NCBI RefSeq assembly: GCF_001194135.2 | Contig: NC_069005.1 | Coordinates: forward strand, 19,455,338-19,519,337 | Reading direction: 5' to 3' | Origin: Octopus bimaculoides | Lineage: Eukaryota | DNA length: 64,000 nucleotides | In this document: positions 37,720-50,060 of the stretch, piece by piece | How the letters are laid out: each line of letters begins with the position of its first letter | Numbering within the stretch: the first letter of the stretch is position 1 | The notes under the pieces: model-generated | Seen by the model: the letters and a program-made list of their open reading frames with translations, nothing else | What the model was told of the DNA's origin: nothing | Database searches by the model: none | Position numbers and translations under genes: made by a program

Positions 37720-38955
37720 CTTGCTGCTTGCTGATCCCATCAAACCATCCAACCCATGGGAAATGGATGTGAAATGATGTACCATAAGAGTGCATCCTGA
37801 CGCCTTATCACCACTATCTTCTTCTTTCATTTTCCAGCTGGGACAGCTATATATTTCCTCTATAGCAAGACATTTGTCCCTATCTCTCTATCAGCACCTT
37901 ACCACTTACCACTCCTCAATACCCTTACTACTCCTAAATCAAGGGGGTCTTGTGTTGAAAGCTACTTGGTGACTCCACTAATGTTCAGTGACATGAAAAA
38001 GTATCCAGTACACTCTGTGAAATGGCTGGAGTTAGGAAGGTCATTCAGCCATTCAAACCATGCCAAAACTTACATTGAAGCTTGATATTGTCCTCTGACC
38101 TATGGGATCCTGTTCAACAATCCAACCCCTACCAGTATGGGATATGGATGCCAAATGATGATAATGACATAAATTCCATTAGAGGTTATTGCAGAAGTGA
38201 AAATGGTAATCAAGACCTAAATAGTGTGTGTGTGTGTGTGTGTGTGTGTACACACACACACACACATGTTTTTATTTTTAATCTGCAGAAAGTTACAGAA
38301 GTGATTCAAGGGCTGAAAGTTTTATGCATGGCTCTTATTAAACTAACTTTAAATCTGAGAGCTTACTTCTTATGTAGAGTGAATTAGAGTTCCTTCTGGA
38401 ATATGTGATTAAAATTTATACAAGAGTATTGTATGTAAATTGTGTATGTTTCAAATAGTCTAGCTGTTAAACTGAAAGAAATCTTGAGAGGAGATAAAAT
38501 GCAGTAAAACAAATAATAATTGCATACACATATACATACATATATCTTCTATCTTTTACTTATTTTAGTCATTAGATTATGGCCATGCTGGGGCACGCTA
38601 CCTTGAATTTTTAGTTGAATGAATCAACCCCAGTACTTATTTTTTAAGCCTGGTACTTATTCTATCAGTTCCTTTTACTGAAGTTACAGGGACACAAACA
38701 CACCCATACTAGTTGTCAAGCGATGGTGGTGGAGCAAACAAAGACACAAAAACACACACACATACATATATATGATGGGCTTCTTTGAATTTTTGTCTAC
38801 CAAATCCACTCACAAGGCTTTGGTCAGCTTGGGAGTACAGTAGAAGACACTTGCCCATGGTGCCATGCTGTGGGAATGAACTAGAAGCCATCTGACTGGG
38901 AAGCAATCTTCTTACCACACAGCTACGCCTGCACCTATATGAATATATAGTTTTA

Positions 38956-39206
38956 GGGAAAAGAACCAAGGTTCATGAACTCATCGATGAAAATCTACTG
39001 TCACATATAGAAAAATTAATAAGTAAAAGCACAATACATAAGTATAATATAATACAAAGTAAATATAATTATTAATTATTAAAGATAATAGTATCTTATG
39101 ATATTTACTTTATATTATACTTATTTATTGTGCTTTTACTTATTAATTTTTCTGTATGTGACAGTGGATTTTCATTGATGAGTTCATGAACCTTGGTTCT
39201 TTTCCC
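38956..39206. mobile_element. TA-flanked fold-back MITE (~110 bp arms)
   Basis: gggaaaagaaccaaggttcatgaactc... mirrored by ...gagttcatgaaccttggttcttttccc; TA on both sides. Confidence 0.75.
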
Positions 39207-40077
39207 TACGTAAAAGCACCCACTACACTCTCTGAGTGGTTGGCGTTAGNNNNNNNNNNNNNNNNNNNNNNNNNNNNNNNNNNNNNNNNNNNNNNNNNNN
39301 NNNNNNNNNNNNNNNNNNNNNNNNNNNNNNNNNNNNNNNNNNNNNNNNNNNNNNNNNNNNNNNNNNNNNNNNNNNNNNNNNNNNNNNNNNNNNNNNNNNN
39401 NNNNNNNNNNNNNNNNNNNNNNNNNNNNNNNNNNNNNNNNNNNNNNNNNNNNNNNNNNNNNNNNNNNNNNNNNNNNNNNNNNNNNNNNNNNNNNNNNNNN
39501 NNNNNNNNNNNNNNNNNNNNNNNNNNNNNNNNNNNNNNNNNNNNNNNNNNNNNNNNNNNNNNNNNNNNNNNNNNNNNNNNNNNNNNNNNNNNNNNNNNNN
39601 NNNNNNNNNNNNNNNNNNNNNNNNNNNNNNNNNNNNNNNNNNNNNNNNNNNNNNNNNNNNNNNNNNNNNNNNNNNNNNNNNNNNNNNNNNNNNNNNNNNN
39701 NNNNNNNNNNNNNNNNNNNNNNNNNNNNNNNNNNNNNNNNNNNNNNNNNNNNNNNNNNNNNNNNNNNNNNNNNNNNNNNNNNNNNNNNNNNNNNNNNNNN
39801 NNNNNNNNNNNNNNNNNNNNNNNNNNNNNNNNNNNNNNNNNNNNNNNNNNNNNNNNNNNNNNNNNNNNNNNNNNNNNNNNNNNNNNNNNNNNNNNNNNNN
39901 NNNNNNNNNNNNNNNNNNNNNNNNNNNNNNNNNNNNNNNNNNNNNNNNNNNNNNNNNNNNNNNNNNNNNNNNNNNNNNNNNNNNNNNNNNNNNNNNNNNN
40001 NNNNNNNNNNNNNNNNNNNNNNNNNNNNNNNNNNNNNNNNNNNNNNNNNNNNNNNATATATATATATATATATATAT

Positions 40078-40110
<33 letters not shown>

Positions 40111-40876
40111 GTTTAACGTCCACCTTCCATGCTAGCATGGGTTGGACAATTTGACTGAGGACTGGCGAACCAGATGGCTACACCAGGCAGAGTTTCTACA
40201 GCTGGATGCTATTCCTAACATCAGCCACTCAGAGAGTGTAGTGGGTGCTTTTACGTGCCACCAGCACGATGGCCAGTCAGGCGGTACTGGCAATGGCCAC
40301 ACTCAAAATGGTGTCTTTTATGTGCCACCTGCACAGGAGCCAGTCCAGCAGCATTGGTAACAATGACAACGATCTCACTAAAATGTTTTTACACTGTGTC
40401 ACTGGCACAAATGCCAGTAAGGCAACGCTGGTAACGATCATGCTCAAATGGTGCTATTTATGTGCCACTGGCACGGAAGCCAGACAGCTGCTCTGGCAAT
40501 GATCAATGATCACGCTTGGACGGTGCTCTTAGCGCTCCATTGGTACAGTTGCCCTAACAGGTCTTTGCAACCGGAGTTTAGTGTCCAATGAAGGAAAGGT
40601 ACGCAGTGAGCAGATAAATGAAAGAAGAGCACTCAATACATTTATTGGGAATTACATATATAGATCAAAACAGTTTGATTCAGACTCCTTGGTACTCTGA
40701 GTTTCAAACGTGTGGCTAGTCTTCAGCCATTGGGGTGTGAATGAGAGTTCGATTGAAGACATCAATGTTTACTATGTTTACTACTGGACGTTAGCCTGTA
40801 ATTGGTTGAGAAAGTTCACACAGTATAGTGGTTTGATGTCGGTATTTCAGTGACAACAATTAGTTGGAAAATACTG

Positions 40877-40938
40877 CATGGTGAACAAGAAATTGACCAC
40901 ATGGTGAACAAGAAATTGACCACATGGTGGACCAGAAA
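40877..40938. repeat. 23-bp tandem repeat
   Basis: catggtgaacaagaaattgacca twice plus a partial third copy. Confidence 0.85.
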
Positions 40939-41530
40939 TCAGTTGGAAGTAGGAAGAGGCAGTAGATGTGGGGGTATATATATGTATATATGTACATGTA
41001 TATGCCCATTTATCTGCATATATACATCTGTACTTATACGAGTGTGTATGTGTGCTTAGATGTACATTTACACATCTGCCCGTATGTGCACACACACACA
41101 CACGCACAGATATAGATACATGAAGGCACACATTCACACACATATACACACACATGCGCACACACACACATACACACATAGACACACACGTGCACACCTT
41201 TATCTCCGTGTACATATGTAAATGAGCACATAAGTGTGCACATGTACATACATGCTCACACATGGGTGCACATGTATATGGACATGCACATGCACACGTA
41301 CGCTTGTGCACACATATATCCATGCATATGCAGATGGTGAGCAAATGCATGTGCACAGTCTTGCATATGCATGCCTGTGCACATATACTCATGTGGTCAT
41401 GTACGAGGGGTGAGAGTATGTGAGTAGACAGGCATGGAAAAGTGTTGAGAATTGGTGATTTGTGGTACTGTTCATGGGGGTTAATTTATGATGGTGACCT
41501 TAGTGCAGGCAGTGCTAGAGGTGGCTGGTA

Positions 41531-41800
41531 CTAATGAGGTATATCTAGGTTGTTGGTAGCCAGTGGCTTGAAATTTACCAGAAAGGTGTACCTCTGGTGA
41601 CAGCAATACGATACCTCATATTTCTTGTTGATGGATATTGTGGGTTGGTAGATGATATGTAGTTTCTTGTGGAGGCATAGCTGGCAATTTGGGGTGCCAG
41701 GTGAATATGGTCGCACTTTGTCTGGAGACTTCATGACCTCCAAGATGAAACACCCAGCATCAAGTGGACAGGGTGCCACCATATTCACCCGGCACCCCTA
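41531..41800 (-). mobile_element. Penelope-like element fragment (GIY-YIG C-terminus)
   Basis: PYSPGTPNCQLCLHKKLHII...INKKYEVSYCCHQRYTFL matches the CxLCxxEK...NKRxE...CRH pattern. Confidence 0.7.
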
Positions 41801-42374
41801 ATTGCCAGTTGTGCCTCCATGAAAATATAAGAGCTAAAGTGCTCTGATGCTGCAGTCAACACACATAATTCTGCACATACATACTGACAGTGACCGTAAA
41901 TGGCTGAAAGTAGCAGTTGTGATATCCTTGGACCGTTGATGGTTTTGGCATTAAGACCGAAGCACTCATCAGCAGGGTCTTAAAGACGAAACTATCGACA
42001 GTCCAAAGATATCACGACTGTCACCTTTGGCCATTTACGGTCATTGTCAGTATGTATGTATACAATTATGTGTGTTGACTGCAGCATCAGAGCACTTTAG
42101 CTCTTATTTCTAGCATTGTAGGTGTTCTAACACCTTCTGTCATATCTAATGACAATTATAGTTTTATTCTTTGGTGATACATTGCTTAAACAGCTGCTAA
42201 AAAGGCCTGATCAAAAAGCATAGGACTGCTGCTGTCATGCATACACACTAAGGTATAATGTTCTTGCTCACTTCATTGTTTATAGTAGAGCTTGAAAGTA
42301 AAGTATGTCTCACCATTCCACAAAGGTTCCATCAATGATCATGGCAGAGAAAATTGAGCAGAGAACCTGGATCA

Positions 42375-42530
42375 ACAAGATTTCAAGATGTTGAGGAAAT
42401 TCAAAAAAATTGACAAGACAGCTACTTGCTGTCACAAAAAAGGAGTTCCAGGAATGCTTCCATCAATGGAAACAACAGTGGATAAAGTGTGTGGCTTTAG
42501 AAGGGGACTAATTTGAAGGAGACTAAATGC
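42375..42530 (+). mobile_element. Mariner transposase C-terminal remnant
   Basis: RFQDVEEIQKKLTRQLLAVTKKEFQECFHQWKQQWIKCVALEGD*FEGD, a typical mariner tail. Confidence 0.75.
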
Positions 42531-42599
42531 TGAATTGATATGAAGAAACTATTTCTAGTTTCTGTGTGTGTATTATATACATTTCTTTTTAAATTTCAG

Positions 42600-42742
42600 A
42601 TATCCTAAGGGTTATTTTGTCCAGAACTTACAGATGGACTTCTTCAATTATGCTGGTATCCACCGTAATGTTTGGCTCTATGCCACTCCCCAGACTTACA
42701 TAATGAATATTTACATTGATACCAGCATCCAAAAATCCTCAG
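42600..42742 (+). CDS. GUSB: Beta-glucuronidase exon 4 equivalent ([27 protein letters not shown])
   Basis: Acceptor tttcag, [10 protein letters not shown] signature, donor AG|GTAAGT; 143 nt. Confidence 0.95.
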
Positions 42743-43267
42743 GTAAGTGTATGAGTTTCTTTATATCATCATCATCATTGTCATCACCATCACCATTACC
42801 AACATCACCATCATCATGCCATTGTTGTTTTGATGTCTACTTTTTTTTATGCTAGCATGTGTCAGACAAAACTTATTGAGGCAGATTTTTCAGTAGCCTA
42901 ATGCTCTTTCTGTTGGCAAACCTCACTTGTTTACCAAGAGAAGTACTCTACAATATATTCTAGTACTCTATATTCCTTCAAACAATGAGCAGTTCAATGG
43001 TTGAGCTAATTTTTGCAGCTGATTTAAGGAAAGACACCATGTAATGATGGTATTGATGGAAGTTATGCAGTGTACCTGTGTCATGTTTTGACAGTGTCAG
43101 TATTTTTATGCAGCATGCAATCAACAGGAAAGACACAAGCACACACATTCATGAACACACACATACATGTAGATATACATACATAGTGGCTGTCAACTTG
43201 GTGACAGGTATGACTATCACTGATGAATTATCTTGTCCTAGTGTGCATATGTGACAGAGTATTGGTA

Positions 43268-43810
43268 TTTCAAGAGAGAAGTTGGGCATAGGAGGAATTA
43301 AATGCAATGTGCAAGAGAGGAGACTGTGCTGGTTTGGTTATGTGATGTGAATGGAAGAGGACAGTTGCATAAAGAATTGCTGATTGCTTAAAGTGGATGG
43401 AACTTGTGAAAGAGGGAGACCCAGGAAGCCATGGGACAAAGTATTGCAGGCTGATCTCAAAACACTGAACCTTACAAAGGAGATGACAGAGGACTGAGAT
43501 ATGTGGTGCATTGTTGTACTCAAGAAGACCTGCCCACCACAACAGAATTGAGATCCTAAATCGAAGGGGCCATGTAAAAAGCATTGGTGTAGGTACTGGT
43601 GCCACATAAAAAGCATTAGTGATGGTGCCATGAAAAAAGCACCCAGTACACTCTGTTGGGTGGTTGGCATCAGGAAGAGCATCCAACCATAGAAATCCAA
43701 CCAAAACAGACTATGGAACCTGGTGCAACCCCTGGCCTTGTCAGTTCCTGTCAAGCCAGCCAACCCATGCCAGCATGGAAAAACAGATGTTAAATGTTGA
43801 TGATGATGGT
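43268..43810 (+). mobile_element. RTE-clade LINE 3' end (ORF end + 3' UTR + (GAT)n tail)
   Basis: ERRLCWFGYVM...GTCERGRPRKPWDKVLQADLKTLNL...W, followed by the same 3' sequence as the abundant catcatcat-tailed repeats. Confidence 0.85.
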
Positions 43811-44326
43811 AGATGTTAAAACAATGGTTGCCAGCAATGCCTGTGCTGAAATGTAAATAACTGGTTGCACCACACTGCTAAGACTCTCATCTACAAAGCC
43901 AAGTTGTCCAGACACAAGCAAGAGGAAAATGTCTGGTTTCACCATGAAGCTAATTTGGAATTTCCTTTTTCTAGAGAGATGTCTAAACAAAGATTAGGGA
44001 GTCTCTCACTCCCAGCTGTTGGATGGTCATTGATTCTACTGGGTTCATCCACTCTTTGACAGGTTTTGTTTTGTGTCATGCAGGGTATCCAACCCCTCCC
44101 TCCTACCAAAGTTGGCTTGATAGGGTTGCTGAAATACTGGATGTAATTTGTTTGATCAAACCCTTCAAGGTGGTACTCCAGCATGGCCACAGTACAATGA
44201 CTGAAACAAGTAATAGATGATAAAGGTCCAAGGCCCACTGCACTAAAAATCATAACCGCCACTACCATCGCCATCACCTTAGAGTTTGCTTCTCTTATTT
44301 TGTTTTATTTTTTTCTCTTTCATCAG

Positions 44327-44520
44327 GAATTGTAACTTATGAAGTTATTCCAAACCATTACACCAAAGGTCAACGTTATAAAGTGAAGGTTATCAATGAA
44401 TACGGTAACCTTGTTGCTTCTTCAAACCAATCTACTGATGTCCTGAAGATTTCAAATGCCAACTTTTGGTGGCCGTATACAATGAACACATCATCTCCAG
44501 CCTACCTTTATACCATGGAG
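44327..44520 (+). CDS. GUSB: Beta-glucuronidase exon 5 equivalent (GIVTYEV...NANFWWPYTMNTSSPAYLYTME)
   Basis: Acceptor ttcatcag, WWPY-M...PAYLY motif, donor GAG|GTATGT; 194 nt. Confidence 0.92.
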
Positions 44521-44819
44521 GTATGTTATGTTTTTTGCACAGGTGTAGTCATATATATTATCATCATTTAACATGCTCTTTCCATGCTGGCATAGGTTCA
44601 ATGGTTTGACAGGGAACCAATGAGCTGCAGGGCTGCATTAGGCTCCAACGTCATCTTTAGTAAGGTTTCTATGGTTGGAAGCCCTTCCTAATGCCAACAA
44701 CTTTACAGAGTGAACTAGGTACTGTTTTTTTTTAATAGTGAGGTTGCCATGTAATTAACAAGTCAGAAAAGAAGAAGGAAAAAGGCAAGAGAAAAAGCTC
44801 CAACTACTAAGAAGAAGTA

Positions 44820-45043
44820 CAGGGTGTCCATAAATTATCTTTACAATTTGAAAAATTCAGAAAAAGAATGGGAAATAAGGAAACCTCTGTAGAGTTCATT
44901 GGAAAACATAGGCAAACAAATAAAGTTACATTAGAAATGCCAGTATACACCCCAACATGGGCTCTAGTGGGTGCACACAACACATCTAGTTGGTACAATA
45001 CAATAAATTGTGGAAGTTGTAAAGATAATTTACGAACATCCTG
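44820..45043. mobile_element. Mariner-type MITE
   Basis: TIR cagggtgtccataaattatctttacaa / ttgtaaagataatttacgaacatcctg; flanks TA and TG. Confidence 0.8.
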
Positions 45044-45509
45044 TGCTCGAAAGAGAAAGGTAAAAGTGGGTACACTCACAAATACAAGCTTATCAAATAC
45101 TGTACAACATAAATCGTAAATTCATGATATATTAAAATTATCTCTGCCTCTGGAGGATGTATCATGTTGGTTCAACAAGTATCTAGTAATTGCTTGTCAC
45201 CTTAGACATTCTAGGTTAGTGTCCAGAATGCTGTAAGATGGAAACACACCTTAGTTTTTGCGAAAGCATGTCTCTAGGAGAAGACTCTACTATGTTTACA
45301 GCTGCAACAGTGGTATAACTGGGCAGGTAGTCTAGGTTCAGCAGCCTTGGAAAGCAGCCAGACTAAGGAAAGGTTAATACCACCAAGTATAAGCCCTTAC
45401 TGCATGTGAAAATATGAAGGCTAAGAGACTCAACCTTAACAGTAAACCAGGTTGGAAGTGAACTCAGTACCCACTAACTCAATGTATCTCAAAAAGAGGA
45501 AACACAATG

Positions 45510-45990
45510 CAGGGTGTTTGGGCCAAATTTGACAGTTTACATTAAAAGAAAGGAAAACACAATGTCCCATCCAAAAATAAAGTATTTTAAAAAATCAAAA
45601 AATGTTGACTAGATTATGGCTGAGAGATAACAGTTTACTCAAAGTAGCTGCCCTCATCTTCCACCATCGCCTCAAGATGAGTCTGGAACCTGGCACATGC
45701 ATTCCTCACTGTGTCCCTGGGAAGATCATTGAACACCTTCTTGATCTTGGCCATCAACTCGCCCTTGATGTTGCAGTTGGTGTCTTTCTCAACTGCACCC
45801 CACACGTAGTAATGCATGGGATTACAGTTGGCAGAATTAGGAGGTCAGAAATTGGGGATGGTGAAGTCATAAAAATTCTCTGGCAACCACTTCTGACTTT
45901 TTCCAGAGGTATAGCAAGGAACCGAATCCTGCTGCCACACATGTGGCCCTTCAGCAGCAACTCTCTCCAGCCAGGAGATGTCACATGACA
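45510..45990 (-). mobile_element. 3' fragment of a DD37D (maT-type) mariner-like transposon
   Basis: Minus frame WQQDSVPCYTSGKSQKWLPENF...*PPNSANCNPMHYYVWG has 37 residues between D and the (D>H) position; C-terminus to EDEGSYFE; TIR-like cagggtg at 45510. Confidence 0.8.
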
Positions 45991-46253
45991 GTTTTATACA
46001 AACATTCCCTGATTATACAAGTAATGCTATTCATTTTCAGTCTTTCACGCTTCCATGGAAACATGTCTGACAATGGGGAAATATTTACTACCTTATTTGG
46101 AAACTGGTAAGGGTTGATGTCAGGAAGGATCCAGCTGTAGAAAATCTGCCTCAACAAATTCAGTCTGACCTCTGCAAACATTGGAACAGTGGATGCTAAA
46201 ACAATGATCGTGGTGCTGGTGATGATGATGATACAATTTTTATATATTTTCAG

Positions 46254-46391
46254 GTTACACTTATTTCTGACACCGTGGATATCTATAGACACCCCTTTGG
46301 CATACGCACCGTGAAAGTCAACTCTCGTCAGTTACTTATAAATGATCAGCCATTTTACTGCCTTGGCGTGGGACGACATGAAGATGCTGAT
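46254..46391 (+). CDS. GUSB: Beta-glucuronidase exon 6 equivalent (VTLISDTVDIYRHPFGIRTV...GVGRHEDAD)
   Basis: Acceptor ttttcag, GIRTV and RHED motifs, donor GAT|GTAAGT; 138 nt. Confidence 0.93.
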
Positions 46392-46720
46392 GTAAGTCTG
46401 GTCTCCATCGAAATTCTTTTGTTCTCTCTTCATTTCAGACATTTCTTTATAGAAGATCATTGCTTTGAATATCAAATTACAACAGAACATTAAGTCGTTG
46501 TTGTTGTTGTTGTTTAACTGTAGGTCAGTCCTAAGTGGACAGATCTTGGTTGAAAATGCATTTGTCATGACCACCTCATCTTTTATTTTCAAATATAGGA
46601 TTTATGTGGGGTTACATTATCCAATGTGTCAGTCTTTTATTAAAAGAGTAGGGTTTGATTTGAGGGGTGTTTGATTACTATTTCAACCTGTAGCAACCTG
46701 CTGTTGTGTGCATGTATATA

Positions 46721-46751
<31 letters not shown>

Positions 46752-47084
46752 CAAAAAGGATAAAAATCCTTCCTGAGCCGAAAGACTGGTTTCCCAAATT
46801 CTGTGGTGTGCATATATATATATGTAAATAATTTACAAAGGTACCGTAATTCTATTATTATCCAATATATATATTTCCCTCTGAATGGGACATTGGTTGG
46901 TCACAGGTTTACTCATTTTTGCCAGCTGAGTCAACAGGAGCAATATAAAATGAAGTGTTTTGTTCAAGAACACAATGTGTTGTATGGTCCAAGAAACAAA
47001 AACCACAATCTTACAATCAGGAATGTAACACCCTAAGCATTAACCCATGTTACTCCACACACAGACAGACAGAAAGGCGCGCGT

Positions 47085-47147
<63 letters not shown>

Positions 47148-47151
47148 GACA

Positions 47152-47190
<39 letters not shown>
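47085..47190. repeat. (CA)n microsatellite; many other (CA), (TA), (CAT), (TAA) and (CT) tracts throughout
   Basis: Directly visible. Degenerate RY tracts also at 40960-41400 and 57580-57880, and (GAT/GGT)n at 58170-58380. Confidence 0.95.
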
Positions 47191-47191
<1 letters not shown>

Positions 47192-47344
47192 CTGTTCCGT
47201 TGTTGGTAGGATCAACAAAAAAGTACTTCATCCAGAGGGAGATGAATATTTAATAAACAGTTTCATTCTTGGATAGTATGGATGTTCATTTTGAAAGCAT
47301 ACAAGTGCTCATCCAATTATTGCATTATTAGAGCGTGAAACCTA

Positions 47345-47388
<44 letters not shown>

Positions 47389-48566
47389 TGGGGGCAAGTG
47401 CTGTAATGGCATGTAGCTGCATCCACCATTTGTTGGTGATTCCCTACTCCTGGGAGAGGATACCTTTGCACCACTCAGGCATAGTAATTCTTGCTAGCAA
47501 GGGTTTTATGAGGTCAGAGTGCAAGTCGAATTCTTTGGTATGCCAGTCTCCACACAGTACTAGAGCAACATGGAATGATTGTGAGTGCAACACCCTAACC
47601 ACACAGCTTATAGTTGCTTACATTTATTGAATTATATGTATGTCTTTTACCTTCTACTTGTTTCAATCATTACACTGCATCTATGCTGGGGTACTGCTGC
47701 CTTGAGAAGTTTTTAGCTGTATGAATCGACCCCCCAGTATTATTATTTTTTTCTTTTTAAGCCTGGTGCTTATTCTGTAGGTCTTTTGTTGAACTGCTGA
47801 GTTACAGGGATGTAAACACATCAATACCAGTTGTCAAGTGGTGGTGGGGGACAACCACAGATACAAAGACATGTACACACACACGTACATACACACACAG
47901 ACATACATACATATATATAATGGACTTCTATCAGTTTCTGTCTACTAAATCTACTCACAAGGCTTTGTCAGCGGAAGGCTAAAGTAGAAGACACTTCAGT
48001 GGGACTGAACTTGGAAGCATGCGGTTGGGAAGCAAGTTTCTTACCATACAGCAATGCCTTTGCTTGCACCTATATATATATATCTGTGTGTGTGTAAATG
48101 TGCATTGAATGTTGATATTACATGGCTTCACTTGTCACTGTTTGTGATGTGAAGTTTACATTCCTGATTGACATTACAACTGCTCATTGTGAACTTTGGA
48201 AGATCGTATTGAACAGAGAATCATTGACTTAAAAAAGACAGTTAAGGGTTGGTAACAACAAGTCTATCCAGCCTATGAATGTTGTCTCAAAATAATAAGT
48301 CTCCATCTAACTCATGCTAGCATGGAAAAATTGATGGTAAGTGAATGAATGAATGAATTAGTTAGTTAGCCCCAGGCCTGCTCTGCTTAAAGTTAGGTGG
48401 ATTGAACCATTACATGGTAGGTAGGTGGGTGGGTGTTGTTTTGAGTGGATTAGGTTGGTTGGTAGGTATTTATTTTTGCTGGGTAGAAATTGTGACTAAA
48501 TACACAGAAGTTGTCAAATGTCATTGTCAGGAAAGAAAAAACATCAACACAAATTCACCTTTCGCT

Positions 48567-48597
<31 letters not shown>

Positions 48598-49377
48598 TCA
48601 AACCAGTACATCTCCCCCCCTCCCCCCCAAATTGTTCTTCCCACAACCATCATTTCTGTCTTCATGACAAGCTTTCAAGGGAGCCTCTAAATAGTCTCAT
48701 GTTGTGCTAGAAGTAGTAGCTAATTTTCTCTCAAATCACAGCCAGCATCTTAGAAAAGGATACATTGAATAATGCATCACTGGATTCTCTGAAGGAATGG
48801 TCAAAGATGGAATGTCTTTAATCATAGTTGTTCTCAATTAGTTGTCCTAGGGTTAAACAACAACAACAGCAACAAATACAGCATCTCTTTCCACCTCTGT
48901 CACTGTCCTGCACCTCTAAAATCCAAAAAATAATAATAAAGGACGACCCACCTCAACCATAAAAAACCCAGAATGATTGGGAAAAAGATAAAAATATATC
49001 GTTGACCTCATAAGAATTTAGACACTTTAAGAGATGTGAAATAATTTGTTTTCCACTGTGGAACTCAAAGTAGATAAAGCTGTAAATAACGGTTTCAAAT
49101 TTTGGCACAAGGCCAGCAAGTTTGGGGGAGCGATAAGTTGATTACATCAACCCCAGTGTTCAACTGGTACTTATTTTATTGGCCCTGAAAGGATGAAAGG
49201 CAAAGTTGACCTCAGTGGAATTTGAATTCAGAACATAAAGACTAACGAAACACCACTAAATATTTTGTCTGGTGTGCTAACGATTTTGTCAGCTTGTCAC
49301 CTTAAAGCTGTAATTAATCATATATTGAATATTCGTTTAAAAAACTCCTTGGAAGGAAAATAATTAAAAAATTCAAA

Positions 49378-49450
49378 GGCTGTCTATGTGACTTGAACCC
49401 ACATCTTCTGTAAATGCGACAGCTGGTCTACTATTGGACCAAAGCAATCC
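49378..49450 (-). pseudogene. Decayed tRNA-like cloverleaf (pseudo-tRNA or isolated SINE head)
   Basis: 73 nt; D stem GGTC/GACC, CTGT/ACAG stem with a 7-nt loop, GGTTCAAGTC T-loop; acceptor stem only partly paired. Confidence 0.4.
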
Positions 49451-49884
49451 ATCAAAATTGTCTTTCCCTTTTAGAAACTTTGTTCTTACCAGCAAGAATT
49501 ATATAATATTTGTCATGTAGTTTGAGTTACATAGGCAGCCTTTGGGGGTTTTTTTCTATCTGAAAGGGGTTTTTACATGTAATTATTATTACAGCTGGCA
49601 GAATTGTTAGCACGCCAGGCAAAATGCGTAACAGCATTTCATCTGTCTTTACATTCTGAGTTCAAAGACTTTGCCTTCCATTTTTTTGGGGTTGATGAAA
49701 TAAGTACCATTTGAGTCCTGGGGGTCAATGTAATCGACATACCTCCTCCCCTGAAATTACTGGTCTTGTGCCAAAATTTGAAACCATTATTATTGTTTTA
49801 TTTACTCTGAGTTCTTCAGTTAGAAATGATAAAAAAAAAATATACCAAACTACACCAAACCAATATACTTTTTGTCTTCTGTAG

Positions 49885-50060
49885 GTGAGGGGTAAGGGTG
49901 TCGATCTCCCATTCATTGCCAAAGATTTCAACTTGATGAAGTGGCTTGGTGTCAACTGCTTCCGTACATCTCACTATCCATATTCTGAAGAATTGATGGA
50001 TGAAGCTGACAGACAAGGATTTGCCGTTATTGATGAAAGTCCAGGAGTTGGCATTGAGAA
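49885..50060 (+). CDS. GUSB: Beta-glucuronidase exon 7 equivalent (VRGKGVDL...[33 protein letters not shown])
   Basis: Acceptor ttctgtag, GH2 RTSHYPY signature. The in-frame donor is AA|GTTGGT (176 nt, phase 2). Confidence 0.93.

Noticed and set aside
40847-41392. Cys/His/Val-rich ORFs (also 47.0-47.2, 57.5-57.9 and 58.1-58.5 kb)
   Set aside because: Translations of degenerate (TG/CA)n and (GAT)n microsatellites; no splice or domain support.
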